In this document: piece by piece, positions 47,007 to 56,600 of the stretch
How the letters are laid out: each line of letters opens with the position of its first letter
Position numbering within the stretch: the stretch's first letter is position 1
Source: an uncultured Methanosarcinales archaeon
GTDB taxonomy: Archaea > Nanobdellota > Nanobdellia > Woesearchaeales > CAYZNE01
DNA: 64,000 bases
Reading direction: 5' to 3'
Assembly (NCBI GenBank): GCA_964461035.1
Contig: CAYWRI010000002.1
Coordinates: 11,129 to 75,128 of the forward strand
Program-made: the position numbers and the translations under genes
Notes under the pieces: model-generated
The model's input: only the letters and a program-made list of their open reading frames with translations
Databases searched by the model: none
Told to the model about the DNA's origin: nothing

Positions 47007-48464
47007 TTACTTGAATAAAACTCTTTTGCTAATTAAAGGATTTAGCATCAATCTTTCATAAGGGAAATTTTCAATACGCTTATGTATTGTATTGTAAAGT
47101 TGTTCAGGGCTTGTTTCAAAAGTTTCTTTATCCGCTCTAACTCTTACAGGGATAAGTTTTGATTCTAGTTCTTTTTCGCCAATAACAACTATGTAGGGAA
47201 CCCAGTCTTTTTCAGCAAGTCTTATTTTTTTTCCAACACTAAGATTTCTATCATCTACTTCTGTTCTTATTTTTTTACTGTCAAAGTAATTTAGTAGTTC
47301 TATTGAATGATCTAAATAGGACTCTGATACAGGCACTATTCTTAATTGTGACGGTGCTAACCAAAAGGGAAATTCTGGAACTTTACCTTCTCTTTGATCT
47401 ATTGCGGTATTTTCAAGGATGCTACATAGAGCCCTTTCAATACTTCCAAAACTTGAAGCGTGAAGTATAACTTCTGCAGGTCTCTTTTTTCCGTCGATAG
47501 TAGGTCCAATTCCAAAACGTTCACCATTTTTCACATCCCATTGAACAGTTGAAATTTGAATATTTGATCCATCTGAATTTATACTTTGATACTCATTCTT
47601 AAATGCAAAATAATGTGACATTTCGGGCATTAGTTTGATAAGTGCAGGAACATTAAGATTATCACTTACTGATTTGAACCAATCTTTATTCTTATCAAAG
47701 TATTCATTAGTAGTTTCCCATCCCATAACCCATCTGTCTTTTGCAATTACATTATTCATAAGTCCTGCAAAGAGTTCTGATAATTCTTCAAACTCTTGTT
47801 TTGCTTGTTCGCCGGTATCATAAACTCCGTGCATATCAGTCATAATAAACCATCGCATTCTTTTTAGTCCTGATACTGAACCTTCTAATTCATTTCTGAA
47901 GCAATAAGCTTCTTCATAAACCTTTAGCGGTGATTGTTTTTCAGAATAGATAAGGTTTTGCATGAATGGAAAACCTAGCGGGTCTGAAGCATATCTTAAG
48001 TAAGCTTTTCCTCTTCCACCATCAACAGTATAATTGTTTTCGTGAAATTCGCCCATTAGTTTCATAACCAATTCGTTGTCAGCCTTCATTATTAAAGGAT
48101 TGCCCATTTCTAATGCACCCCATTTATAGGCTAATTCTTTTGCATAATCAAGCATCAGGTTTCTCATTACCATTCCCTTTGGATACCATTTCATATGACC
48201 TTTTTCTGAAACGTCGCAATAGTCTACAAGATCATGTCTTTTCATTAATTCTATGTGGCTTACCTTATTATTTGCGGGTTTAGTAGTCGTTTCTAAATTC
48301 AATTCATTATTTATGAATTGTTGTAAGAATTTTGCTTGATAATTCGTTTTCTTAAAATAAGGATGCTTTTTAAAATTTTCGTCATGTATTTGTATGATGT
48401 CTGTTCCTGGTGCTGTCCAGTAAAAGCTTTTAAATTTTCCTCGCTCTATATTTGATTCGACCAT
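47007..48464 (-). CDS. thrS: Threonyl-tRNA synthetase, catalytic plus anticodon-binding domains only. It has no N-terminal TGS or editing domains.
   Basis: Motif 2 SPLKVYEEAYCFRNELEGSVSGLKRMRWFIMTDMHGV aligns residue for residue with ThrRS LPLR..E...CHRNE.SG.L.GL.RVR.F.QDD.H, including the Zn-ligand Cys and His. Also HIELMKRHDLVDY / GHMKWYPKG at the start of the domain. Class IIa anticodon domain WLAPSQLRIVPVSE. 485 aa, against about 620-640 for a full-length ThrRS. Confidence 0.75.
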   Translation of the reverse strand: MVESNIERGKFKSFYWTAPGTDIIQIHDENFKKHPYFKKTNYQAKFLQQFINNELNLETTTKPANNKVSHIELMKRHDLVDYCDVSEKGHMKWYPKGMVMRNLMLDYAKELAYKWGALEMGNPLIMKADNELVMKLMGEFHENNYTVDGGRGKAYLRYASDPLGFPFMQNLIYSEKQSPLKVYEEAYCFRNELEGSVSGLKRMRWFIMTDMHGVYDTGEQAKQEFEELSELFAGLMNNVIAKDRWVMGWETTNEYFDKNKDWFKSVSDNLNVPALIKLMPEMSHYFAFKNEYQSINSDGSNIQISTVQWDVKNGERFGIGPTIDGKKRPAEVILHASSFGSIERALCSILENTAIDQREGKVPEFPFWLAPSQLRIVPVSESYLDHSIELLNYFDSKKIRTEVDDRNLSVGKKIRLAEKDWVPYIVVIGEKELESKLIPVRVRADKETFETSPEQLYNTIHKRIENFPYERLMLNPLISKRVLFK

Positions 48465-48548
48465 GTAAATTAGAAGTGGTTTAAACTTTATAAATTTATC
48501 TTAATTCTTAAGTGACTAAATTCTTTTTTGGGTCATAAATATCTTGAT

Positions 48549-49352
48549 TTATCTTGAGGATAAGTTGTTCTTTTGTTTTTCATTCCATAAATAAAGATAT
48601 TTGGGTAGAAATTTGTCCAGAAAAGAGGTTATTTTTTCTTTGTCATTCATAGGGTTCATTTCATACATCAGAACTTTTTTTATGTCTACTGAAAGTTGAG
48701 GAAATTCTGTAGATATAATTTCTGCACATTTGTGGAGGTTAGGAGTATATACTGCTTTTTTAAACATGACTAATCCAAGACCCGACCTTAATATTGTTCT
48801 CATAGTCCATCTGCACCAGAATTCAGGCGCTCTAACTCTGGATAAGTATGAACGTGACTCATCATTTTTGAAATAGTTATAAAAATCAAGTAATTCTTTA
48901 TTAATATTAGAGTACATAAAAAGAGCGAGTTTCTTATTGGCTTTGAAAGGGGTTATGTCTGAAATCACGTCTTTGCCATATAATAAACACGATTGCGTTT
49001 TAAGATAAACTCTTAATCTCTTATATTTAGAGGACATTAATAGTTTATGCGTTAGAATAGTTATATCTACTTCAGAAACAATTGAAAACTCGTGTTCCAA
49101 AGAATCTATAATTTGTAAGACTTTCTTTATTTCTTTTTTATCAGATGTAGATTCCTTAAAAACTACAATGTCAATATCTGACATATATTTTAATCCTTTA
49201 CCTTCAGATAAGCTTCCTCTTAAATATATTGAAATCGGCTTAAGCTCCAAAGTTATTCTTTTCATTGCTTCTTCAGTTAATTTCTTGAAAGTAGGTTGAA
49301 TCTTCTTTATGTTACTTTCATTTAAAATAGTTCCATTATCCAATATTTTCAT
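48549..49352 (-). CDS. Nucleotidyltransferase-fold protein (Pol-beta superfamily).
   Basis: LRGSLSEGKGLKYMSDIDIVVF matches the GS...DxD minimal NTase motif. Confidence 0.45.
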   Translation of the reverse strand: MKILDNGTILNESNIKKIQPTFKKLTEEAMKRITLELKPISIYLRGSLSEGKGLKYMSDIDIVVFKESTSDKKEIKKVLQIIDSLEHEFSIVSEVDITILTHKLLMSSKYKRLRVYLKTQSCLLYGKDVISDITPFKANKKLALFMYSNINKELLDFYNYFKNDESRSYLSRVRAPEFWCRWTMRTILRSGLGLVMFKKAVYTPNLHKCAEIISTEFPQLSVDIKKVLMYEMNPMNDKEKITSFLDKFLPKYLYLWNEKQKNNLSSR

Positions 49353-49355
49353 TTT

Positions 49356-51122
49356 TCACACGAAATCTTTAATTCCAAACAAATCTAGGTGTATTATAAA
49401 TGCATCAATACAATCAGTTCTGTGAAGTCCACAAAAAACCATAGAACAGTATTTATTTATATAATTGTCTTTTGTAGGTAAACCAAACATAGATCTTAAA
49501 GAATCATCTTTTTTATTTTGATATGCTTTGAAATGTCCAATATCTGAGTTCAATCTTTTAATAGTTTCTCCGTTCTCATGTTTAAGAATTAAAACTTGGA
49601 AATTCTCTCCAAAATTAGATTTTTTATATGCTTCTTGAAATATGTCTGTTATTTTTTTGTCAGGATAATCAGCTGAATACATTTGAGACACTTTATCTGA
49701 GAATTTATTTAGTTTATAAGAGTTAAGTATTTTATATCCTCTTCTGATTACTTCTGATTTGATTTCTTCAAATCTGTTCATTGATTCAGGTCTGACTACA
49801 AGCATTGAAACATCAAGCTTTTTTACCTGTTGATATCTGCTGTTACTTTGACGGGCTCTACCATTAAAAAGATCAATCCTTCCTGAAACAACATCTTTTA
49901 GTATATAATCTTCCTGATCTGAAAAAATAATTGTTGTGTTTTCGGTTTCATAATATTCTTTTATAAAAATCATAATATTTTTGATAGATTGGGAATCTAA
50001 TCCTGCAAATGGTTCATCTATTATGAGTAGTTCTGGTTTTTTCATCAACGTTGAAGCAATAAGTAATAATTGTTTTTGACCTCTGCTTAGAAAAAAAGGG
50101 TGTTCTTCTTTTTTATGTTCTAAATTTATTCTTGTTAGTACTCTTAGAAGCTCTTTTTTAGTGAAATTACTCTCAAAGTTTAGTTCTTCCAAGACAGAGT
50201 TAGCGAAGAGTTGTTTTTCGGGCTCTTGCATTATCATTGCACAGGATTTAAAATTTAGATTAATGTTCCCTTTTGATTTTTTAATATTATTTGTTATGAT
50301 ATTCAGGAGGGTTGTTTTTCCGGATCCATTAGGTCCGAATATTCCAAAAATCTGACCTTTTTTTATATTAAAATTAATATCTTTGAGTGCAATTGTTCTG
50401 TCCGAATAAGTTTTATGAACGTTTCTGAATCTAATCAGATCATTTCTTGATTTTTTTTCTTTAAATTTTACAAGTTTAATTTTTTCAGGTATGTTACCTT
50501 TTATCCATTTTCCATTATTATAACTTATTATTTTATTTCCAATCCTAAAAAGTTTATCGTCATGAGTGCATAATACGATTATTTTATTAGGGGATATTAG
50601 TTTGAGATGTGAAACAAGCCTTTTTCTATGTTCGTTGTCTAGGTTAGATGTCGGTTCATCAAGAAGTATTATGTCTTTATCCTGTGCCAGCACCGAAATA
50701 ATAGATAAGATTTTTCTCTGTCCTGTAGATAAATCCTTTAGACTCTTTGATTTGAGATTTTCTACATGAAAATACTTTAAGAGATTATCTGCAAGGAACT
50801 GTTTGTTGCGAGATATTGAAAAAAATAATTCGTGTTCCAATGTGCTAAGTATAAATTGATTTTCAGGTTCTTGAAATGCGAAAGAAATATGTTTTCTGAG
50901 ATTATTTAAATCTTCTTCTTTTCCATAAGTTATTTTTCCTGAGAAAATAGATTCTTGAATTTCAGGAATTAATCCGGAAATTGCTTTTAGCAAAGTTGTC
51001 TTTCCGCAACCAGTACTTCCTATTAGGACTAATAGGTCTCCTTTCTTCAACTTTAATGAAAAGTTTTCCATTAGTAGTTCTTTCTCAAATCCGAGTTTAT
51101 TTATTTGTATGTTTAAAATCAT
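49356..51122 (-). CDS. ECF-type ABC transporter ATPase with two fused ABC domains (EcfA-EcfA') and an extra C-terminal domain of about 165 aa that resembles nucleoside-diphosphate kinase.
   Basis: Two Walker A sites (GSTGCGKTT and GPNGSGKTT), two signature/Walker B sites (LSTGQRK...LLDEPTSNLD and LSRGQKQ...IIDEPFAGLD), then a C-terminal domain; see the finding at 49356-49880. Confidence 0.75.
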   Translation of the reverse strand: MILNIQINKLGFEKELLMENFSLKLKKGDLLVLIGSTGCGKTTLLKAISGLIPEIQESIFSGKITYGKEEDLNNLRKHISFAFQEPENQFILSTLEHELFFSISRNKQFLADNLLKYFHVENLKSKSLKDLSTGQRKILSIISVLAQDKDIILLDEPTSNLDNEHRKRLVSHLKLISPNKIIVLCTHDDKLFRIGNKIISYNNGKWIKGNIPEKIKLVKFKEKKSRNDLIRFRNVHKTYSDRTIALKDINFNIKKGQIFGIFGPNGSGKTTLLNIITNNIKKSKGNINLNFKSCAMIMQEPEKQLFANSVLEELNFESNFTKKELLRVLTRINLEHKKEEHPFFLSRGQKQLLLIASTLMKKPELLIIDEPFAGLDSQSIKNIMIFIKEYYETENTTIIFSDQEDYILKDVVSGRIDLFNGRARQSNSRYQQVKKLDVSMLVVRPESMNRFEEIKSEVIRRGYKILNSYKLNKFSDKVSQMYSADYPDKKITDIFQEAYKKSNFGENFQVLILKHENGETIKRLNSDIGHFKAYQNKKDDSLRSMFGLPTKDNYINKYCSMVFCGLHRTDCIDAFIIHLDLFGIKDFV

Positions 51123-51768
51123 ATTCTTTCAAAATATACGCTTGATTCAATAGTTCTATTTTCTTAAAATTGGATAGCAAAATAACCACGCCTATGTAAA
51201 ATATTCTCTTGAGTTTTTTCTTGATGCTATTTGCAACAAACCCCCTTGATTTTAAGGCAGAGTTTATTTTTGTGATATCGCCCAGTGTGAATCCAATAGT
51301 GTTAAACGCTATTGTAAACATGAATATTAAATTTATTGGCGCTTTGATTTTTAACATGGAGTTAATAATATCTTTTTCTGAACTGATTGCCATAAAAAAT
51401 GTTCCTGCAAGCACCACAACAATCCATCTTGATGCAGCAAGGAGCATAAGTGATAAAGTATTATTTGAAAAAAATGTTCCCCAGGGTAATGTAAATATAA
51501 TTTCCCCTTGAATTTTGCTCAAAAATATCCAAAAAAGAGAAAAGATAATTATTGCTATTGAAAGAGATTTATATACTGTCAAATTATAAAACTTTATTGA
51601 CATCAAAAGTAATATCAATAAAACCATAATTGTAAAATTTAGAATTAAGTTTTTATTTAGAACTCCTATCATACTTATAATAATAAAAAAAAGGAGTTTA
51701 AATAAAAAACTCACTTTATTAAAAAAAGAACAACTTTCTAAGTAATGAATAAATGTGGGCTCTTTCAT
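51097..51768 (-). CDS. ECF transporter transmembrane (T) component, CbiQ/EcfT-like.
   Basis: 223-aa polytopic membrane protein immediately upstream of the ATPase and overlapping it. Confidence 0.5.
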   Translation of the reverse strand: MKEPTFIHYLESCSFFNKVSFLFKLLFFIIISMIGVLNKNLILNFTIMVLLILLLMSIKFYNLTVYKSLSIAIIIFSLFWIFLSKIQGEIIFTLPWGTFFSNNTLSLMLLAASRWIVVVLAGTFFMAISSEKDIINSMLKIKAPINLIFMFTIAFNTIGFTLGDITKINSALKSRGFVANSIKKKLKRIFYIGVVILLSNFKKIELLNQAYILKEYDFKHTNK

Positions 51769-51778
51769 TAAGCTACCT

Positions 51779-52345
51779 TTACCAAAATTTCTTTACGAAT
51801 AATGATGTTTTTTTGATAAAAGGACTTAAATATTTTAGTAAAGGTATTCCTATAATTATTGAAACTATTACGTCACCTATTAACCAACCATAAATTGAAG
51901 CGACTATTGCTTCTGCAGGCATTATTCCAAAATAATAGAATCCTGTTAGTACCCACGCTGATGAGATAACACTTTGTAATATTGTGACGGAAATTATAAA
52001 TCCTAGAAAATCTTTAGGTTTTTTTAATTCCATATTAAACCATTTTTTAAAGAATATCATGGGGATTATCACACCTATAACATTTCCCCAAGCCAACAAA
52101 AATGCATAAATTGTGAAAGTACCTGAAATTAAGGCACCTAACAAGAGTCCGATGTATATGGATATAAGTGCTTTTCCTTTAAACCAAATTGCGAATGCGG
52201 TGTAGAATGCTGAACCAATATAGAATGCAGAAGCGCCCATTATTCCAATTGGAAAAATAATGACTCCAATATAGTCAAGTATTGCAACAAGTCCTGCAAT
52301 AACACCTATTAATATAAAATCGTTTAGTTTATTTGTTTCTTCCAT
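51779..52345 (-). CDS. ECF transporter substrate-specific (S) component-like membrane protein.
   Basis: 188 aa, 5-6 TM helices, first gene of the S-T-AA' block. Confidence 0.45.
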   Translation of the reverse strand: MEETNKLNDFILIGVIAGLVAILDYIGVIIFPIGIMGASAFYIGSAFYTAFAIWFKGKALISIYIGLLLGALISGTFTIYAFLLAWGNVIGVIIPMIFFKKWFNMELKKPKDFLGFIISVTILQSVISSAWVLTGFYYFGIMPAEAIVASIYGWLIGDVIVSIIIGIPLLKYLSPFIKKTSLFVKKFW

Positions 52346-52380
52346 AAACTCATTGAGAGTTACTTTTATTTAAAAAGTTA

Positions 52381-52797
52381 ATGATTGATATTACATTAAT
52401 AATATTTATAAGCGCTGAATTCTTTCGGAATCATATGAATTGGTTAAAAGTAAAACGTGATCGTAGCCCAGTTGAAAAAAAACATGTTGAATATTCCTCA
52501 CCTCAATCAATTGAGGGTATTATTCTTGACAAAATTAGTAATTTTAATGAATATTTATTTCAACCATTGTTGTTCTTCAGATCATTTTATTCTTTAGTTA
52601 TTAAGACAGATTTGTTTACACACATATTAAGTGATTCTTTTTTTTGTGATGCTTTAGAACCTGGAACTGAAGTGATAGTAACTTATAGACTTAGAACAAC
52701 ATCTTTTTTGGAGTATTCAGATTCAAAGCTTGTTACAGAAAATTTATTATCTAAGTTTAAAACAGATTATTTTATTGATTCAATAGATTGTAAATAA
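52381..52797 (+). CDS. Hypothetical small protein (138 aa). Uncertain.
   Basis: ORF in a gap between minus-strand genes. No motifs. Confidence 0.2.
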   Translation: MIDITLIIFISAEFFRNHMNWLKVKRDRSPVEKKHVEYSSPQSIEGIILDKISNFNEYLFQPLLFFRSFYSLVIKTDLFTHILSDSFFCDALEPGTEVIVTYRLRTTSFLEYSDSKLVTENLLSKFKTDYFIDSIDCK

Positions 52798-52868
52798 ATC
52801 AAGAATGTTTTAATCTGAAAATATTATATGAATTTTTAAAAAAATAATTAGAGTGTATCAATTTGTGA

Positions 52869-53546
52869 TTAATCATTACTACTTTTCACTAAAAAGCTAT
52901 TACTGATTTTATTGATTATTGTTGGTTTTTTAATACTTCCAATATATTCAACTTGCTTGTGAAAAATACTTTCTGGATTAAAAAAATCAATATGTCCAAA
53001 ATTACAAAATTCATTAATTTCATCAATAGAATCAACAACACAAATATATACTCCTGAATCCCCCATCATATTATGATAAGTTTTATTTAATGCATCAGGT
53101 CTTCTATAATCATCACTATTTATCAACTCAGCTTCACCATCAATATAATAATAACCTTTTTCAATCGCTTTGATTGTGAGAGTATCAAACACTTTTTCTT
53201 CTTCATAGGGATTTATTTCTAGCATTATAGTTTGATTTTCTTCATAATTTTCTACTTTAATTCCTTTACCTATTTTTTCAAAAGTGAACTTTACTTGTCC
53301 GGGAATACTTTTATTATTATAACCTTGAATAAGTCTGCCAACTAAATTTAATTGAAATTCATCTCCTGGTGCCACAATAAAACTAACATGATCTTTTTCA
53401 GAACGTAAACCTACTTCTACGGGAAAAGACATTTTATTACTAGAATCATCATAAATATTATTTGAATTACATCCAGTTAAAACTAAACTTCCGAATATAA
53501 TTAAACTTGCTAATATGATTCCTACTAAAAGTGTGTGTAATTTCAT
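52869..53546 (-). CDS. Lipoprotein (lipobox LTGC).
   Basis: MKLHTLLVGIILASLIIFGSLVLTG|C. Confidence 0.55.
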   Translation of the reverse strand: MKLHTLLVGIILASLIIFGSLVLTGCNSNNIYDDSSNKMSFPVEVGLRSEKDHVSFIVAPGDEFQLNLVGRLIQGYNNKSIPGQVKFTFEKIGKGIKVENYEENQTIMLEINPYEEEKVFDTLTIKAIEKGYYYIDGEAELINSDDYRRPDALNKTYHNMMGDSGVYICVVDSIDEINEFCNFGHIDFFNPESIFHKQVEYIGSIKKPTIINKISNSFLVKSSND

Positions 53547-53651
53547 CTTAAATATGTATAAATCATAAATCCTATTTAAACATTCTCTTAACTTTAACTG
53601 TAATAGAAACTAAACAATATTGAATAAATATAAAATTGCATAAAGATGTAA

Positions 53652-56600
53652 TCAATTATTAAACTTGTTTATATAAGAATCTAAGTCTTCAGTTTTTTGT
53701 TTTTCTTTTTTAATTGTTTTAGTGAGCAATCTTTTTTTTCTAAAATTGTTAACAAAAAGAAAAAGGAAAATAAGAATTAAGAAAAACGCAACTGAAACAA
53801 GAAGGATTTTCCAACCATCATCTTTTTCTTTAAAGACTATGTCCTTTTGATCTATGTTTAAATTATAATTAATTAGTTCATTACAACTTTTTATAGAACT
53901 TTCAAGTAATAGATTTGCATTTTCAAAATTAGAAGAATTAATCTTTTCTTTTATTTTATCAAAGTTACTTATCAACTCATTACAAATAGGATTATTCGAA
54001 ATTAAATGTTCAGCAAATTTTAATTTTGTAATTAAATCGTCTTTAATAGTTGTGTCTTTTAATAATGCAGTAATGTAAAGATACTCTGTTTCTGTAAAGT
54101 CAGGAGAAGTGCTATGTATCAACAATTTAAGAGTGTGATTTCCAGTTTTATTTTTAGAAGAGAATTGACCTTCAATTGATTTTTTCTGATTTGAAATCAA
54201 ATCCAAGTGTGATTGAAATAATGAACATGTACCCGTATTACATTCAAGATCTAATTCCAAATCATTAAGAGTTTGATTCAACTTGTTTTTTACATGAATT
54301 ATAAAGTAAACTGTTCGATTTGAAGATATGGTTAAAGGATCAGGCATTGTTATTTCTAAGGGTTCTGAATAAACATTATTCGTCACAGGAAGAGTTATTG
54401 TTCGAGTTGAACTTCCACCAGATGAAGAAGATGAACTTAAATCTTCATCTCCATCAGTTGAACCATCTTCTTCTTGTCCAGAAATATTAAAATTTATAGT
54501 AATGTTCTGTGAAGAAACAACTTCGTAAGTATCATTGAGTGTGAAGTAAATAGTTTCTTGCAAATTGTTATTATTATTTGAGTTAAAAGTTACTGAATTA
54601 GTAATGTTATTTATTGTAACAATCATATTATTATATCCTAAAGCGGCATAAATTAATGTATCATCTGAATCATAATCATAAAAAAAGTTATCCAGATCTA
54701 CCCAGTCTTCAAGTATTTGAGTGTTGAGAGTTGAATTTCTAAGAAACTTTTTTAAGAATAAGTTCTGAATTATTGGTGTTTGAGAAGTATCATTAGTTAA
54801 CATAATAATTTTGTATTGAAAATATTTTCCCTCACTAGGTATCAAATTTTGATAATCATTTTCTATGGTTATCCATTCTGACCAAGAACCATTATTATAA
54901 TCTGAAGAGTATCCTGTTCTTGCAAAACAAGATATTGAAGTGTTAATAAAAGTTGTATTAGTAAAATTAAAAGATGCGTAATATCTTGACTCCTGCCATT
55001 CTATTATGGGTGAAGTATAAGTTCCATTGTTTGAGTAATTTCCATTTGAAGTATTTAAAGAAAAACTTGTTTCATAAAATAAATTATGAAAAATTCCATT
55101 TGAAAAAGAAGAATGGTTGAATAAGTCAAGTTCCATTGCATAATGAGGTAGCCTATTAAGATTTATGACTGAAACATTCCAATAACGTGTTTTATAAAAG
55201 TTACCATCAAACACTTGTAAAGTAATATTATGATTACCTGCAGAAGTATAATTAAAATATACTGAAATATTAGCAGACGAAGAATAAATAACTGAATCCA
55301 AAAACCAAGTATAACTTAAATTATCTCCATCTAAATCATAAGAAGAATGATTAAAATCCACTGTGTCTGTTTCATTAATAGTTATGTTAACACCTATAGG
55401 TGTATCAATACTTATGTTTGGAGGGTTATTTTGAGTGATGTTTAAAGTAAAACTTGCTTGAGTCATGTTTCTAGAATCATTTAAATCACAAGTTATTTTT
55501 GCCAAACCAATAAAATTATTTAGTGCGGTAACTTTTAACAATTTAAGAACATTGGTCATAGATAAATTGAGTTCCGAATTTGTTAAATTGGAAGAACAAT
55601 TCCACATTAACTCAGTTAATAAATTATCTTCATCAAAAGAAGAATTTGTAAAATTCAAGTATCTAAAAGTGTTTTGAATAAGTAAAGAATTATTGAACGC
55701 CGTAAAATTTATATTCGGAATATCATTTTTTTCTGTTAAGTTAAAAGTAAAATTTTCAGAATCCCATAAAGGTTCAAAATCCTCAACAGAATAATTTATT
55801 ACAAACTCTTGAACACCATCAATTTCATCAATAACAGTATAATTAAATCGATAAGAATAAAGAAAGTTTTGATTAGCTCTATTTAAACTCAAATTAGCGT
55901 TTAAATCAAACAAAGATAGTAAATTTGAATCCAAATAAATAAATGCTCTATACATATTAGTTTCAGAATCTATTGAGGTAAAGTTAAAGTATATTGTATC
56001 TCCTTCACAAACATTAGTAGGTACTAAGCTATTTGTTATTATTGGAGGCATATTATTTCCCACCCCAAAACAATTTGAACACAAACGACTAGTTGAGTTT
56101 TCTGAATCAGAAGCTTCTAGTAAATATTTGTAAGTGCCAGCATCAGAAAAATTTGTTTGCCAAATAATATCTACTTGCCAAAGATGATTTTCATAAGTTA
56201 AATTGGATAAAGTAATGTTAAAAGACTGATTAAAAGTACAAACACCCTCAGTTTGGTCATATTCATCTAAAGAAACATTACAAGAATATATCCATGTACA
56301 ATTATTAGAATTGCAAGGAGCAGAACAATTACAAATATAATACGAAAAATTAATTAAATCTTCATCTTCGTCTCCAATAGCACCATGTCCGGAAGAAGAA
56401 TCTCCTTCGCTCGTGCCAGACCCAGAATTACCTGTAACATTAATTAATCTGTTAACATTAGTTATATTTATGTACCAATAATGAAAATCGTATTTAGTTG
56501 GAATGCCAACAGAATCAGATGCTCGCATGCTGACTCTGTGTGTTCCCTCAGGTTCTGAGGAATAACTTGTTTCTGCATCATCATAATCTGCAAAATAAGT

